The position numbers and the translations under genes are program-made. From a virus: DNA of 43,588 bases. This document shows, piece by piece, positions 33,964 through 41,152 of the stretch (within the stretch, counting starts at the first letter, position 1; the number at the start of each line of letters is the position of its first letter). Where the stretch lies: IMG/VR virus record IMGVR_UViG_3300036799_000070, positions 1 through 43,588 of that record. One strand, written 5' to 3'. Under the pieces are notes generated by a model, which had not been told where the DNA came from, ran no database searches, and was given only the letters and a program-made list of their open reading frames with translations.

Positions 33964-34106
33964 TGCAACACCGTCTGTTGGCGATTGGAAAGCGTAGGAA
34001 GCGAAGCGTTGTACTGGCACCCCGGCAAGCTGGACGGCGCCGTCTGCTGGGCTCGCACCCACAGCGCCGTGCCCAAAAGAACCCCTAAAACAAGAAGCCA
34101 TCGCAT
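33930..34106 (-). CDS. 58-aa secreted peptide paralogous to the fibre N-terminus (not in ORF track)
   Basis: AAGGAGA, 6 nt, then ATG 34106. Product MRWLLVLGVLLGTALWVRAQQTAPSSLPGCQYNASLPTLSNRQQTVLQCDTNGKLLLH. After the signal peptide it matches the downstream fibre at 24 of 37 aligned residues. Its last 34 nt overlap the fibre start in another frame. Confidence 0.55.
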   Translation of the reverse strand: MRWLLVLGVLLGTALWVRAQQTAPSSLPGCQYNASLPTLSNRQQTVLQCDTNGKLLLH

Positions 34107-34109
34107 CGA

Positions 34110-36398
34110 CTATCTCCTTGGAGCCGCTGAAGCATCTTGTAGCCTATCCTGATGAATTGCGCCAGGTGGCCCTTGCCCGCCCCTGGGAGGCCCTGAAGCT
34201 GCCCCCTGCCTCGGACCACCCGGAGGTCCACCGGCCCCTGGGGGGCCTCCAGGCGGCGGCCCACGCTGCATCTGCATCATCTGGGCCATCTGCGCTTGCA
34301 TCTTCTTCTCCATCTGGAACCGATGCAGCATCATGTGCTCACGTACCGCCCCCGTAGGATCGCCGTTCTCCATGGCCTGCATGTGCTCCTGCATGTGCTT
34401 TTGATCCTCATCCAGCTCATGAACAGGAAGCGCCAACCCCATCGCAAGGTACTTATTCTCCTCATCCGGAGCCATGGACAGTTTGTCTTTCAGGTTCCTA
34501 AATATCTCAGGAGCCAGCCGCGAACCAAAAGCGTTCTCCACCAGCAGGCTGATCACAGGGACAAGGTTGATCTCGTGTCCCTTGTACTGATCCGGCGGAA
34601 TGCCCTTGATCACGTTCATGGCGCTGATCTGCATCTGAATTGCCTGCGCATTCCGGGCCGCCTCAACCCCGAACCATCGGAACTCGAACCGCCGACTGGA
34701 CTCGATTGGCGGAATCTCCTCCATCCGCGTTGCCAACCCCATCTGTCCGTACTCACGTACCGTAATGGCATTCTCTCGGAACTGGTGATCGAGATCGACG
34801 AACCACCGCAACATCGGCGTCAAAATTTCATCCTCAATATTAGTACAAACGTCAGCCGTGCTAAGAATGTCAACTTGCTGCTCATTTGCTATTTCTGCTT
34901 GGTTACGCTTGACTTTTTGCCCGGTAGATTGCGCAATCGCTGCAGGAGAGACGGATAGGACTTGAAAAATTTCTGTTTTTGCCGAAGCAACAATTGAAAA
35001 CGCATCCTTCCATAAAGGAGGAAACTGGGCAAATTTTGTGTCATTGGGACTAGTCTCCCAAATCGCCGCGAGATTGAGAACCATCGAACCCGTGCGCGGA
35101 TTTTTCGTCGGGTCCGTCATGATGATGGGGAGAAGGGCATATGCAGCACTGTCCCAACCCTCATTCACCACATCGTTCGCCCCATACTGCAACTTGTCCA
35201 CCGCATTGATCTTAGACGCCCCCTTAAATGCTCCGCTCAACTTATTCTGTGCAGCGGAAAGCAACGGGCACTTGTCGTTCCAATAAGGATTGAGCCGCAC
35301 ACTGGGAATGCGCTCCTCACCCTCGACACCACCAGCAAAATAAATCTTGCACAACCGCCGCTCGCCATCCACCTTCAAACGCGAATACATCTCATAAACA
35401 ACGATAGCCTCACCATCCTTGTCAGACATGATGCCGGCAGCATCGATATGCTTCTTAGCCGTCTTGGGATCACCCTCCTGTCCCGTGCCGTAGGCAGCAA
35501 TGTCATTCTCCAGCCGCTCCCCAACTTCCTCATCAATCTCCCCATCATCAATTGCCTGCTTCAGACGCTCCTTCGACCAGATGCGCTTGATCGCTACCAC
35601 CCCGCCTTTAGCAAGAGCATCACCCACAGAAGTAGCAGAGACAGGAACCACAACCACGTCAGTATCAGAAAGAACTTCAACGGTCGGTCCCTGATGAACC
35701 ACAACCGCCGTCTCCATGTCATCGTCTGCATCGGGATCGATGCTATCGCTCTCCTCGCCTTCCACTTCAGCCTTTGCCTTGGTCCGATAAACCACATGAC
35801 GTTCACTATCCGACCACCCAACATAGAGGTTGTACTGTCCCTCGATATCCCCATTAATCATGAGCGCCGGCATGATGTTGGTGCGCAAGCGGCACTTTCG
35901 AATGTAGTGCTCCAGGAGAGCCATCACATGGAATGGCTTCTCGTCGGACGTGATGCACTCGACGTTGCGCTGCGAGCGGGGAAAAATCTGATTGACGAAT
36001 CGCGTCTTGCGTGCGTCAATGGCTTCCTTGACAATTGGAACATAAATTTGGGAATTGCCAGAGTAAGCCTGCTTGACACCTAGAACAGTGTTGTAAACGT
36101 CCCAATAGTCACACTGATCGTTGCCCCGCTCCCACTGATCCATGAAAGCTTTGTCAACGCGCTTGGCCAGCTTCAGAACCGCCTCTCTGATCTTCTCGTC
36201 TTTCCCCAGCTCGCGGTTGCGGTCCTTGGCTTCTTCCTTCTCAGCCCACTCCTCGCACCACCCCTCGGGCGCAATAGTGCCCATTACCTTGGCGCAGGCT
36301 TCTCCGTTGATGAAAAATTTGCAAAGCTGACAAGTCTCGTCAGAACTTTTTGCATAGTCCGTATAATTTACGTCATCCTTGGATTTTCGTTTCGCCAT
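34110..36398 (-). CDS. portal protein with N-terminal 4-Cys (HiPIP-like) extension and P/G-rich C-terminal tail
   Basis: 762 aa directly downstream of large terminase, overlapping it by 26 nt. Size and position fit a portal. N-terminal CQLCKFFINGEACAKVMGTIAPEGWCEEW. The C-terminal tail is rich in M/Q, then P/G. Confidence 0.65.
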   Translation of the reverse strand: MAKRKSKDDVNYTDYAKSSDETCQLCKFFINGEACAKVMGTIAPEGWCEEWAEKEEAKDRNRELGKDEKIREAVLKLAKRVDKAFMDQWERGNDQCDYWDVYNTVLGVKQAYSGNSQIYVPIVKEAIDARKTRFVNQIFPRSQRNVECITSDEKPFHVMALLEHYIRKCRLRTNIMPALMINGDIEGQYNLYVGWSDSERHVVYRTKAKAEVEGEESDSIDPDADDDMETAVVVHQGPTVEVLSDTDVVVVPVSATSVGDALAKGGVVAIKRIWSKERLKQAIDDGEIDEEVGERLENDIAAYGTGQEGDPKTAKKHIDAAGIMSDKDGEAIVVYEMYSRLKVDGERRLCKIYFAGGVEGEERIPSVRLNPYWNDKCPLLSAAQNKLSGAFKGASKINAVDKLQYGANDVVNEGWDSAAYALLPIIMTDPTKNPRTGSMVLNLAAIWETSPNDTKFAQFPPLWKDAFSIVASAKTEIFQVLSVSPAAIAQSTGQKVKRNQAEIANEQQVDILSTADVCTNIEDEILTPMLRWFVDLDHQFRENAITVREYGQMGLATRMEEIPPIESSRRFEFRWFGVEAARNAQAIQMQISAMNVIKGIPPDQYKGHEINLVPVISLLVENAFGSRLAPEIFRNLKDKLSMAPDEENKYLAMGLALPVHELDEDQKHMQEHMQAMENGDPTGAVREHMMLHRFQMEKKMQAQMAQMMQMQRGPPPGGPPGAGGPPGGPRQGAASGPPRGGQGPPGAIHQDRLQDASAAPRR

Positions 36399-38391
36399 TG
36401 CCGGTGCTCATAGCCGGCCGCGCGGTCAGGTAGCGCCGGCCCGAAGCACCATCTATAGCATAGTTCGGCCGATCCTCACCAGCCCCCAAGGAATGCCCGG
36501 CAACGGCCATAAAAGCCTCAAAACCCTCCATGAGCACCTTGTAGACGCCCTCCTCGGCTGCCCCACTGACAGGCCCGCCCTTGACAATAGAGGCAGCGTA
36601 GCCCCCGGCAAAGGCGTTCAAGGCCCACGATGCCTCCGATGATACCACCAGGGCAGGCTGGCCGTGCGCAAGGCTCTCAAGCCGCTTGCGTGTCTCGTCT
36701 CGACCCAGGCTAATCGAACCTCCAATTGAGAGTCGAACACCAGCCCGAGACGCCGCAGCTCGCAATCCAATGCTGTCGTACTGTCCCCAATGCTCCGCGG
36801 GGGCGTAACATACAACCTTTCCCCCGGCCAATAGACGAGAAGCTTCAACAACATCCCGAAAAGACGCCCCCGGCTCCCCTTCCGAAACGTAGCTCCCCAC
36901 CACACGTAAAGTTCCCCCGACAAATTGTGAAAGGACACCAGTCGTATAGAGCCGGGTAGCATTGACCGCAAGATAGCATGTCGTGTTGCGTTGAACATTT
37001 AAGTTGTCCTGCACATTATTAAAACCAAAGTTGTCATAGATAGCCAATCCAGGACGCATACGCAAAGCATACGCCAGCGCGTTAGGCACGTCGATCCTTC
37101 CGGTCGGAAAGCTCAACAACTGCTGCTGCAACACGGGCAGCTCTTTTGCAAAAGTAACCTCTCCGCTCACGAAAAATGGCTGCAACGACCGGATGAAGGC
37201 CAATTTGCCAACAGGCGCAGGGAGAGTTACGACAGGGATAATCGTCTGCCTTCGCGTCTGCTCTGCCCGCAAGGGCTGCAAGATGAACTCCTCCAGCCCT
37301 TCCTTCTCGATCCCGATCTTGATTGGCTGATACTCCTCCCACGTCTGGAAGATGTCTTCGATGATCTTGTCTGGCATCCACAATTCGCCGGAAGCGTCCC
37401 ACACTATCATCTTGGTCCCAACCCATGAGAACACCACCTTTCCTGTGTGCGCCGACGACGCCTTGACCGTCCGTGCAGGATCATACATGGCGTATGTCGG
37501 GTGCCACGTCCGCACGATAGCCTCGACCTTGAACATGCTGCGCGTGAAGACGCGCGTGGACGGATCGACCGCCTCTACCATGAACTCCTGCATGTACTCG
37601 TTGAGCATCCCCGCGCGCATGAACTCGTCCTTGCGCAGGTCGATGTGCTCCAATGGAAACCGACTTGACCAAGTCGCCCGACGATCCCCGGCCGCGTCGA
37701 TGTACTCCCAGGGATAGCGGTGAACCGTCCACCCCCCGTTCTTCTCCAACCACGCGGCAAGGCAGTCGGGGTCCAGGAGGTTGGCCAGGATGTGAACCTT
37801 GGCATCCGGCGCCAGCGCGGGGATCAGCGTCCTCATCAACCACTGCCGCGTCTTCTCCCGCTGCTCCGGCGAGCTTACGCTTTCTTCATCCTCGATGTCG
37901 TCGATGAGGCAGCAGTCGGGCCGCTGGTCGTCGTGCTTGGTTCCTCGGAGGCTTTGTCCTCGACCGAAGGCTTGGATGACAACGCCGTTATTGAGGACGA
38001 CCTTATCCTCGTTCCAAACGGGTCCGTGGAGGTCTCCAAAGATGGCACGGATGTAGGGGTTAAAATCGAGTTCGTGCTTAACTGACGCAAGACGCTCGCA
38101 AGCACGAGTTGCGCTTTCTCCAATGATGATATGATTTCGAAAACGTCGCCAGCAAGCTCCGATCGTGATGGCTTCTTCAGCAAGAGTGCTTTTTGCTGCG
38201 CCACGGAAAGCAAGGAACAGAAGCCTTCGACTGTCTCCATGTAAGTCACGGATGATGTCAAAGTGGAAATCTGGCGTTTCGTTCGGATGGCGATGGGCAA
38301 AGAGCACCCTATGAGCGTTGTACGGGTTGATCTTAGGAGACAGGCGAACCACCGCCTGCTCCAGTGGAGTGAGGAAAGCTACGTCGAGCAT
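36373..38391 (-). CDS. terL: terminase large subunit
   Basis: 672 aa. Walker A-like LAFRGAAKSTLAEE and Walker B-like DCCLIDDIEDEE, with a C-terminal nuclease-sized domain. Lies upstream of the portal gene. Confidence 0.8.
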   Translation of the reverse strand: MLDVAFLTPLEQAVVRLSPKINPYNAHRVLFAHRHPNETPDFHFDIIRDLHGDSRRLLFLAFRGAAKSTLAEEAITIGACWRRFRNHIIIGESATRACERLASVKHELDFNPYIRAIFGDLHGPVWNEDKVVLNNGVVIQAFGRGQSLRGTKHDDQRPDCCLIDDIEDEESVSSPEQREKTRQWLMRTLIPALAPDAKVHILANLLDPDCLAAWLEKNGGWTVHRYPWEYIDAAGDRRATWSSRFPLEHIDLRKDEFMRAGMLNEYMQEFMVEAVDPSTRVFTRSMFKVEAIVRTWHPTYAMYDPARTVKASSAHTGKVVFSWVGTKMIVWDASGELWMPDKIIEDIFQTWEEYQPIKIGIEKEGLEEFILQPLRAEQTRRQTIIPVVTLPAPVGKLAFIRSLQPFFVSGEVTFAKELPVLQQQLLSFPTGRIDVPNALAYALRMRPGLAIYDNFGFNNVQDNLNVQRNTTCYLAVNATRLYTTGVLSQFVGGTLRVVGSYVSEGEPGASFRDVVEASRLLAGGKVVCYAPAEHWGQYDSIGLRAAASRAGVRLSIGGSISLGRDETRKRLESLAHGQPALVVSSEASWALNAFAGGYAASIVKGGPVSGAAEEGVYKVLMEGFEAFMAVAGHSLGAGEDRPNYAIDGASGRRYLTARPAMSTGNGETKIQG

Positions 38392-38570
38392 ATGACTTTT
38401 TCTTTTTTTCTTTCAAAATCCTGGCACCTGAACCGCGCATCAGTCCGATCTCCATAATTGACCGACGAAGCCTTACCACACGTTCCGTCCCAATCTCCTG
38501 CCTTGAACCATGGGCCTGTGCAGGTTTCGCAGCAGTTGGGGGGCCACATCAGCCAAGAAGGTACGGTCAT
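38379..38570 (-). CDS. 63-aa 4-Cys protein
   Basis: ATG 38570 is preceded by GAGG. Product MTVPSWLMWPPNCCETCTGPWFKAGDWDGTCGKASSVNYGDRTDARFRCQDFERKK... Overlaps the terL start by 13 nt. Confidence 0.5.
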   Translation of the reverse strand: MTVPSWLMWPPNCCETCTGPWFKAGDWDGTCGKASSVNYGDRTDARFRCQDFERKKEKVICST

Positions 38571-38577
38571 CAGTACC

Positions 38578-38721
38578 TCATTTAGCCTTGCGCTTCTGAT
38601 TGAGACCAATCGCAATGGCCTGTTTTCTCGACTTCACCTTGGGTCCAGTTTTCGAACCGGAGTGCAGCTTGCCTTCCTTGTACTCATGCATCGTCTTCTG
38701 CACCTTGTCTTTCTTAGCCAT
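38578..38721 (-). CDS. small basic protein, DUF6496-like (not in ORF track)
   Basis: 47 aa: MAKKDKVQKTMHEYKEGKLHSGSKTGPKVKSRKQAIAIGLNQKRKAK. The HE[YF]KxGxLxSG...RKQAIAIGLS pattern matches, from memory, the family annotated DUF6496. The start shares one nt with the KTSC stop. Confidence 0.65.
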   Translation of the reverse strand: MAKKDKVQKTMHEYKEGKLHSGSKTGPKVKSRKQAIAIGLNQKRKAK

Positions 38722-38918
38722 CAATACCTTCCCTTCATTCGCTCCCTAAAGTAGTTCCCCGCGCTCGGGGCATTCTGCAGCTCCTCCACGACCGTCTTGG
38801 GCACGTTGTGCAGGGTGTAGGTCCGACCGCCGGAGAAGGTCAAGTCAAGCTCCTGCGTATCCTCGTCGTAGGAGCCTCCGAAGATCGCCGTGCTCATGAG
38901 ACTGAAAGGCGTTTTCAT
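38721..38918 (-). CDS. KTSC domain protein
   Basis: 65 aa. STAIFGGSYDEDTQELDLTFSGGRTYTLHNVPKTVVEELQNAPSAGNYFRERMKGRY fits the KTSC consensus (YD...L.V.F..G..Y.Y..VP......L..A.S.G.YF). First gene of the late strand. Confidence 0.7.
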   Translation of the reverse strand: MKTPFSLMSTAIFGGSYDEDTQELDLTFSGGRTYTLHNVPKTVVEELQNAPSAGNYFRERMKGRY

Positions 38919-38994
38919 TTGCTAGCATCCATCGCTCCCGTTCCGTGTTAAACTATGCAGGCCAGGATTGTGGCACCTTTAAGGAGGACAAGCA

Positions 38995-39435
38995 ATGAAT
39001 GAGGAAGACAAGTTCGAAGCTCGATTCCAGGAGATACACGACGACAACACCGGGGCTACGATCACCCTGGGGCGCCACGCCGGTATGGCAGGCGGAACCG
39101 AGGGAGGGGAAATTCGCAAGGGGCTCAGGTGGCTGCGCATCGCAGTGCTCCACGACAAACCGGGACAAACGGGACGTGAGACCAAGACGAGCACGATCAC
39201 CTTCGGGCCGGACGGGCAGGTGTTGAAGATACTGCCTCATGTCGAGCCTCTGACGGGGTTCCACCCGACCCCTGGAGATGGTTCTGCCGGGGTCGAAGGA
39301 GAGAGCCCCGAAGCAGCCAAGATCAAGGAGGAGCTGCATCACCTGGATGAGGTAGAAGCATCCTTGCACACTGATCATGCTGAGCATCTTGAGAAAGAAA
39401 AAGTTGACAAGCACGCTAGGCATGTTAAGAAGTAG
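38995..39435 (+). CDS. hypothetical protein (solitary plus-strand gene)
   Basis: 146 aa, with AAGGAGG upstream. Acidic and His-rich C-terminus. Followed by an intrinsic terminator. Confidence 0.65.
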   Translation: MNEEDKFEARFQEIHDDNTGATITLGRHAGMAGGTEGGEIRKGLRWLRIAVLHDKPGQTGRETKTSTITFGPDGQVLKILPHVEPLTGFHPTPGDGSAGVEGESPEAAKIKEELHHLDEVEASLHTDHAEHLEKEKVDKHARHVKK

Positions 39436-39507
39436 CGTCACTGTAGCAGGTGATCTGTTTCCTCCCCGACTCCCCCCTGAAGTCTGTCGATCCGGCTCCG
39501 GCGACAG

Positions 39508-39527
39508 GCCCCCAGGGGGCTTTTTTT
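39508..39527 (+). terminator. rho-independent terminator
   Basis: GCCCCC-A-GGGGGC (39508-39520) followed by TTTTTTT (39521-39527), about 70 nt after the stop of the 146-aa gene. Confidence 0.8.
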
Positions 39528-39529
39528 GC

Positions 39530-40130
39530 GTGTGGGCTCCTGAACAAACAGTGAACAGGGTAGTTTTTATTTTTGGCGCGGAAAGTTTGGAAATAAATAT
39601 TTATAGGGGTAGGGTTTTGGGCTGCGAATTTTGGGTTTTGTGAGCAAAAATTTTACCTCGCGGGCCGACCTCGAACTATCCCGAGTTAGAACCCCAATCC
39701 TAATTCAATAGGAAAGAAGTCCTACGCTAGGATTAAAATCTACAACCAAAGATTTTAAAATTGAATATGAACAGAATGCAACTCGTTTTACCCACCTATT
39801 GGTGTGGATACAACTCCGTCGAATTAATTAAGTTGAGATTGGGGTTGTGGTTACTCGACAGCGCACAGACATGGCAAAATTTAAGTCTTTGATTCGACTG
39901 GGGAAGTGGATTAAATATAACCATATATTTTTTAGGAAAGAGTAAGTTAGATGCCAGAGGTTTGTTCTCCTTTTAGTTCAAGTGAAAAGAACAAACCCGT
40001 AACAATAACTCTGCTACTGATCTGCCTAGTCTGAAGAATTCACGGCTGGTTTTACGCCAAAATCTTAACACAATCACTACATAGCCTCTGCCAAGTCTAA
40101 GCCATAGGCGCCGGCACTTTAGGAGGAAAA
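39530..40130. promoter_or_regulatory. AT-rich, ORF-poor control region (candidate early promoter/origin region)
   Basis: About 600 bp with no track ORF and visibly lower G+C than the rest of the window. Nested dyads lie at 39696-39734, 39733-39758 and 39960-39996. TTTTGGG repeats lie at about 39610-39640. Confidence 0.5.
39889..39917 (+). promoter_or_regulatory. candidate sigma70-like promoter
   Basis: TTGATT (39889-39894), a 17-nt spacer, then TAAATA (39912-39917), oriented toward the early genes. Confidence 0.25.
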
Positions 40131-40778
40131 ATGCTTAGAAATATGCATCCGAACATTACCAAAGAAAACCTGCTTGACATCAAAATTGAACCAATAGGAA
40201 AAAACCCCTTGCGCATGAACGTCACGCCATGGGAGATACTCCCTGCCCCACGTCGCTACATCGAGGAGCGGTGGCACCGTGTCTACCAGGGCCGGCATCG
40301 CTACATCGAGTCCCTGGAAGGCCCGGTGCTGGTCACAGCCAACTTGGAGGCCTTCCACCGCGAGCGCAGCGCTGTGCGGCCAAGCGCAAACCGATGGCTG
40401 AGTCGAGCAGAGGTTCAAGACATCATCGCTGACAAGGCTGATCGTGACCACGTAGCACTTGGCAAAGTGGCGCGTCGGGGCATGCACTCCTATCGCATCC
40501 CCACGCGCTGGCGCGTCTGGTTCAACCCCACAGGGCGCATCAACAGCCAGACAACGACCAGTCATAAGTACTGGCACCGTGTCTACGCCACGGCAGAAGC
40601 CTCTTGGCTCTATATCGAGGTTGGGGGCGAGCACCTACGCCTTGTCGCGCACAAGCAGCTTCTAGAGGGCCGCGGCGGACAGGAGCGTGTGCGCGGTTCC
40701 TTCGGCCGCATCAAGATCAATCGGCAAGAGTTCCTGAGTTGGCTTAAGCCTGAAGGAGAAATAATAACACAGGATTAA
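40131..40778 (+). CDS. hypothetical early protein
   Basis: 215 aa, with AGGAGG 5 nt upstream of the ATG. First gene after the AT-rich region. Contains an internal repeat WHRVY...YIE. Confidence 0.7.
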   Translation: MLRNMHPNITKENLLDIKIEPIGKNPLRMNVTPWEILPAPRRYIEERWHRVYQGRHRYIESLEGPVLVTANLEAFHRERSAVRPSANRWLSRAEVQDIIADKADRDHVALGKVARRGMHSYRIPTRWRVWFNPTGRINSQTTTSHKYWHRVYATAEASWLYIEVGGEHLRLVAHKQLLEGRGGQERVRGSFGRIKINRQEFLSWLKPEGEIITQD

Positions 40779-40828
40779 TATAAACAACGAAATAAAATAA
40801 CACAAATATTTATTGCCAACATCGACCA

Positions 40829-40862
40829 GCCATGAGACACTTAATCATCGAGAGAGGGAGAC
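40829..40862 (+). repeat. 34-bp conserved leader element, copy 1
   Basis: gccatgagacacttaatcatcgagagagggagac is identical to 41153-41186. It contains an ATG and the purine-rich GAGAGAGGGAGA just upstream of a gene start. Confidence 0.9.
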
Positions 40863-40869
40863 GGACCAA

Positions 40870-41085
40870 ATGACGAGACAGGATATGGCACAGCAAGTGT
40901 ATCGGCTCACATTAGATGAAAACGGAATTGAAGATGTTCAAGATTTTACGCTGGGGCTTGACGGGATTGCCGCGTTCAAGCAAGCAAAACGACGCAAAAC
41001 TGTTTACACAGCCCGACTTGAGCGGGTGGTTATGGGCGAAGGTGTTGTCGAGACATTAGGCGATTATGCACCTTATGACGAGTGA
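40870..41085 (+). CDS. hypothetical early protein
   Basis: 71 aa from ATG 40870 (MTRQDMAQQVYRL...), 7 nt after GGGAGAC. The track ORF from 40813 reads through the leader element in the same frame as this gene. Confidence 0.55.
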   Translation: MTRQDMAQQVYRLTLDENGIEDVQDFTLGLDGIAAFKQAKRRKTVYTARLERVVMGEGVVETLGDYAPYDE

Positions 41086-41124
41086 GATCCGCTCCAAGCC
41101 TGAGAGTAGCTGACGTAGCGGATT

Positions 41125-41142
41125 GCCCTAGGCAACTAGGGC
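41125..41142 (+). other. stem-loop with GCAA tetraloop
   Basis: GCCCTAG-GCAA-CTAGGGC: 7-bp stem, no T-run after it. Lies 10 nt upstream of leader element copy 2. Confidence 0.4.
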
Positions 41143-41152
41143 CTTCCAGTGC

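Noticed and set aside
38919-38994. Divergent promoter pair between the KTSC gene and the 146-aa plus-strand gene
   Set aside because: Transcription must start here for the late strand, but I could not find convincing -35/-10 hexamers with proper spacing in either direction, so no promoter feature is reported.
39530-40130. Possible tRNA or small RNA gene in the AT-rich region
   Set aside because: I found no GTTCGAATC-type T-arm with a complementary stem, no cloverleaf-compatible acceptor pairing, and only isolated TTCGA strings. Structured RNA remains possible but no tRNA can be supported.
40841-40865. Resemblance of ttaatcatcgagagagggagac to T7/T3-type single-subunit RNA polymerase promoters (TAATACGACTCACTATAGGGAGA)
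   Set aside because: Only the TAAT and GGGAGA ends match. There are just two copies, and the genome encodes no ORF large enough or similar enough to be a phage RNA polymerase. GGGAGA is more simply a ribosome-binding site.
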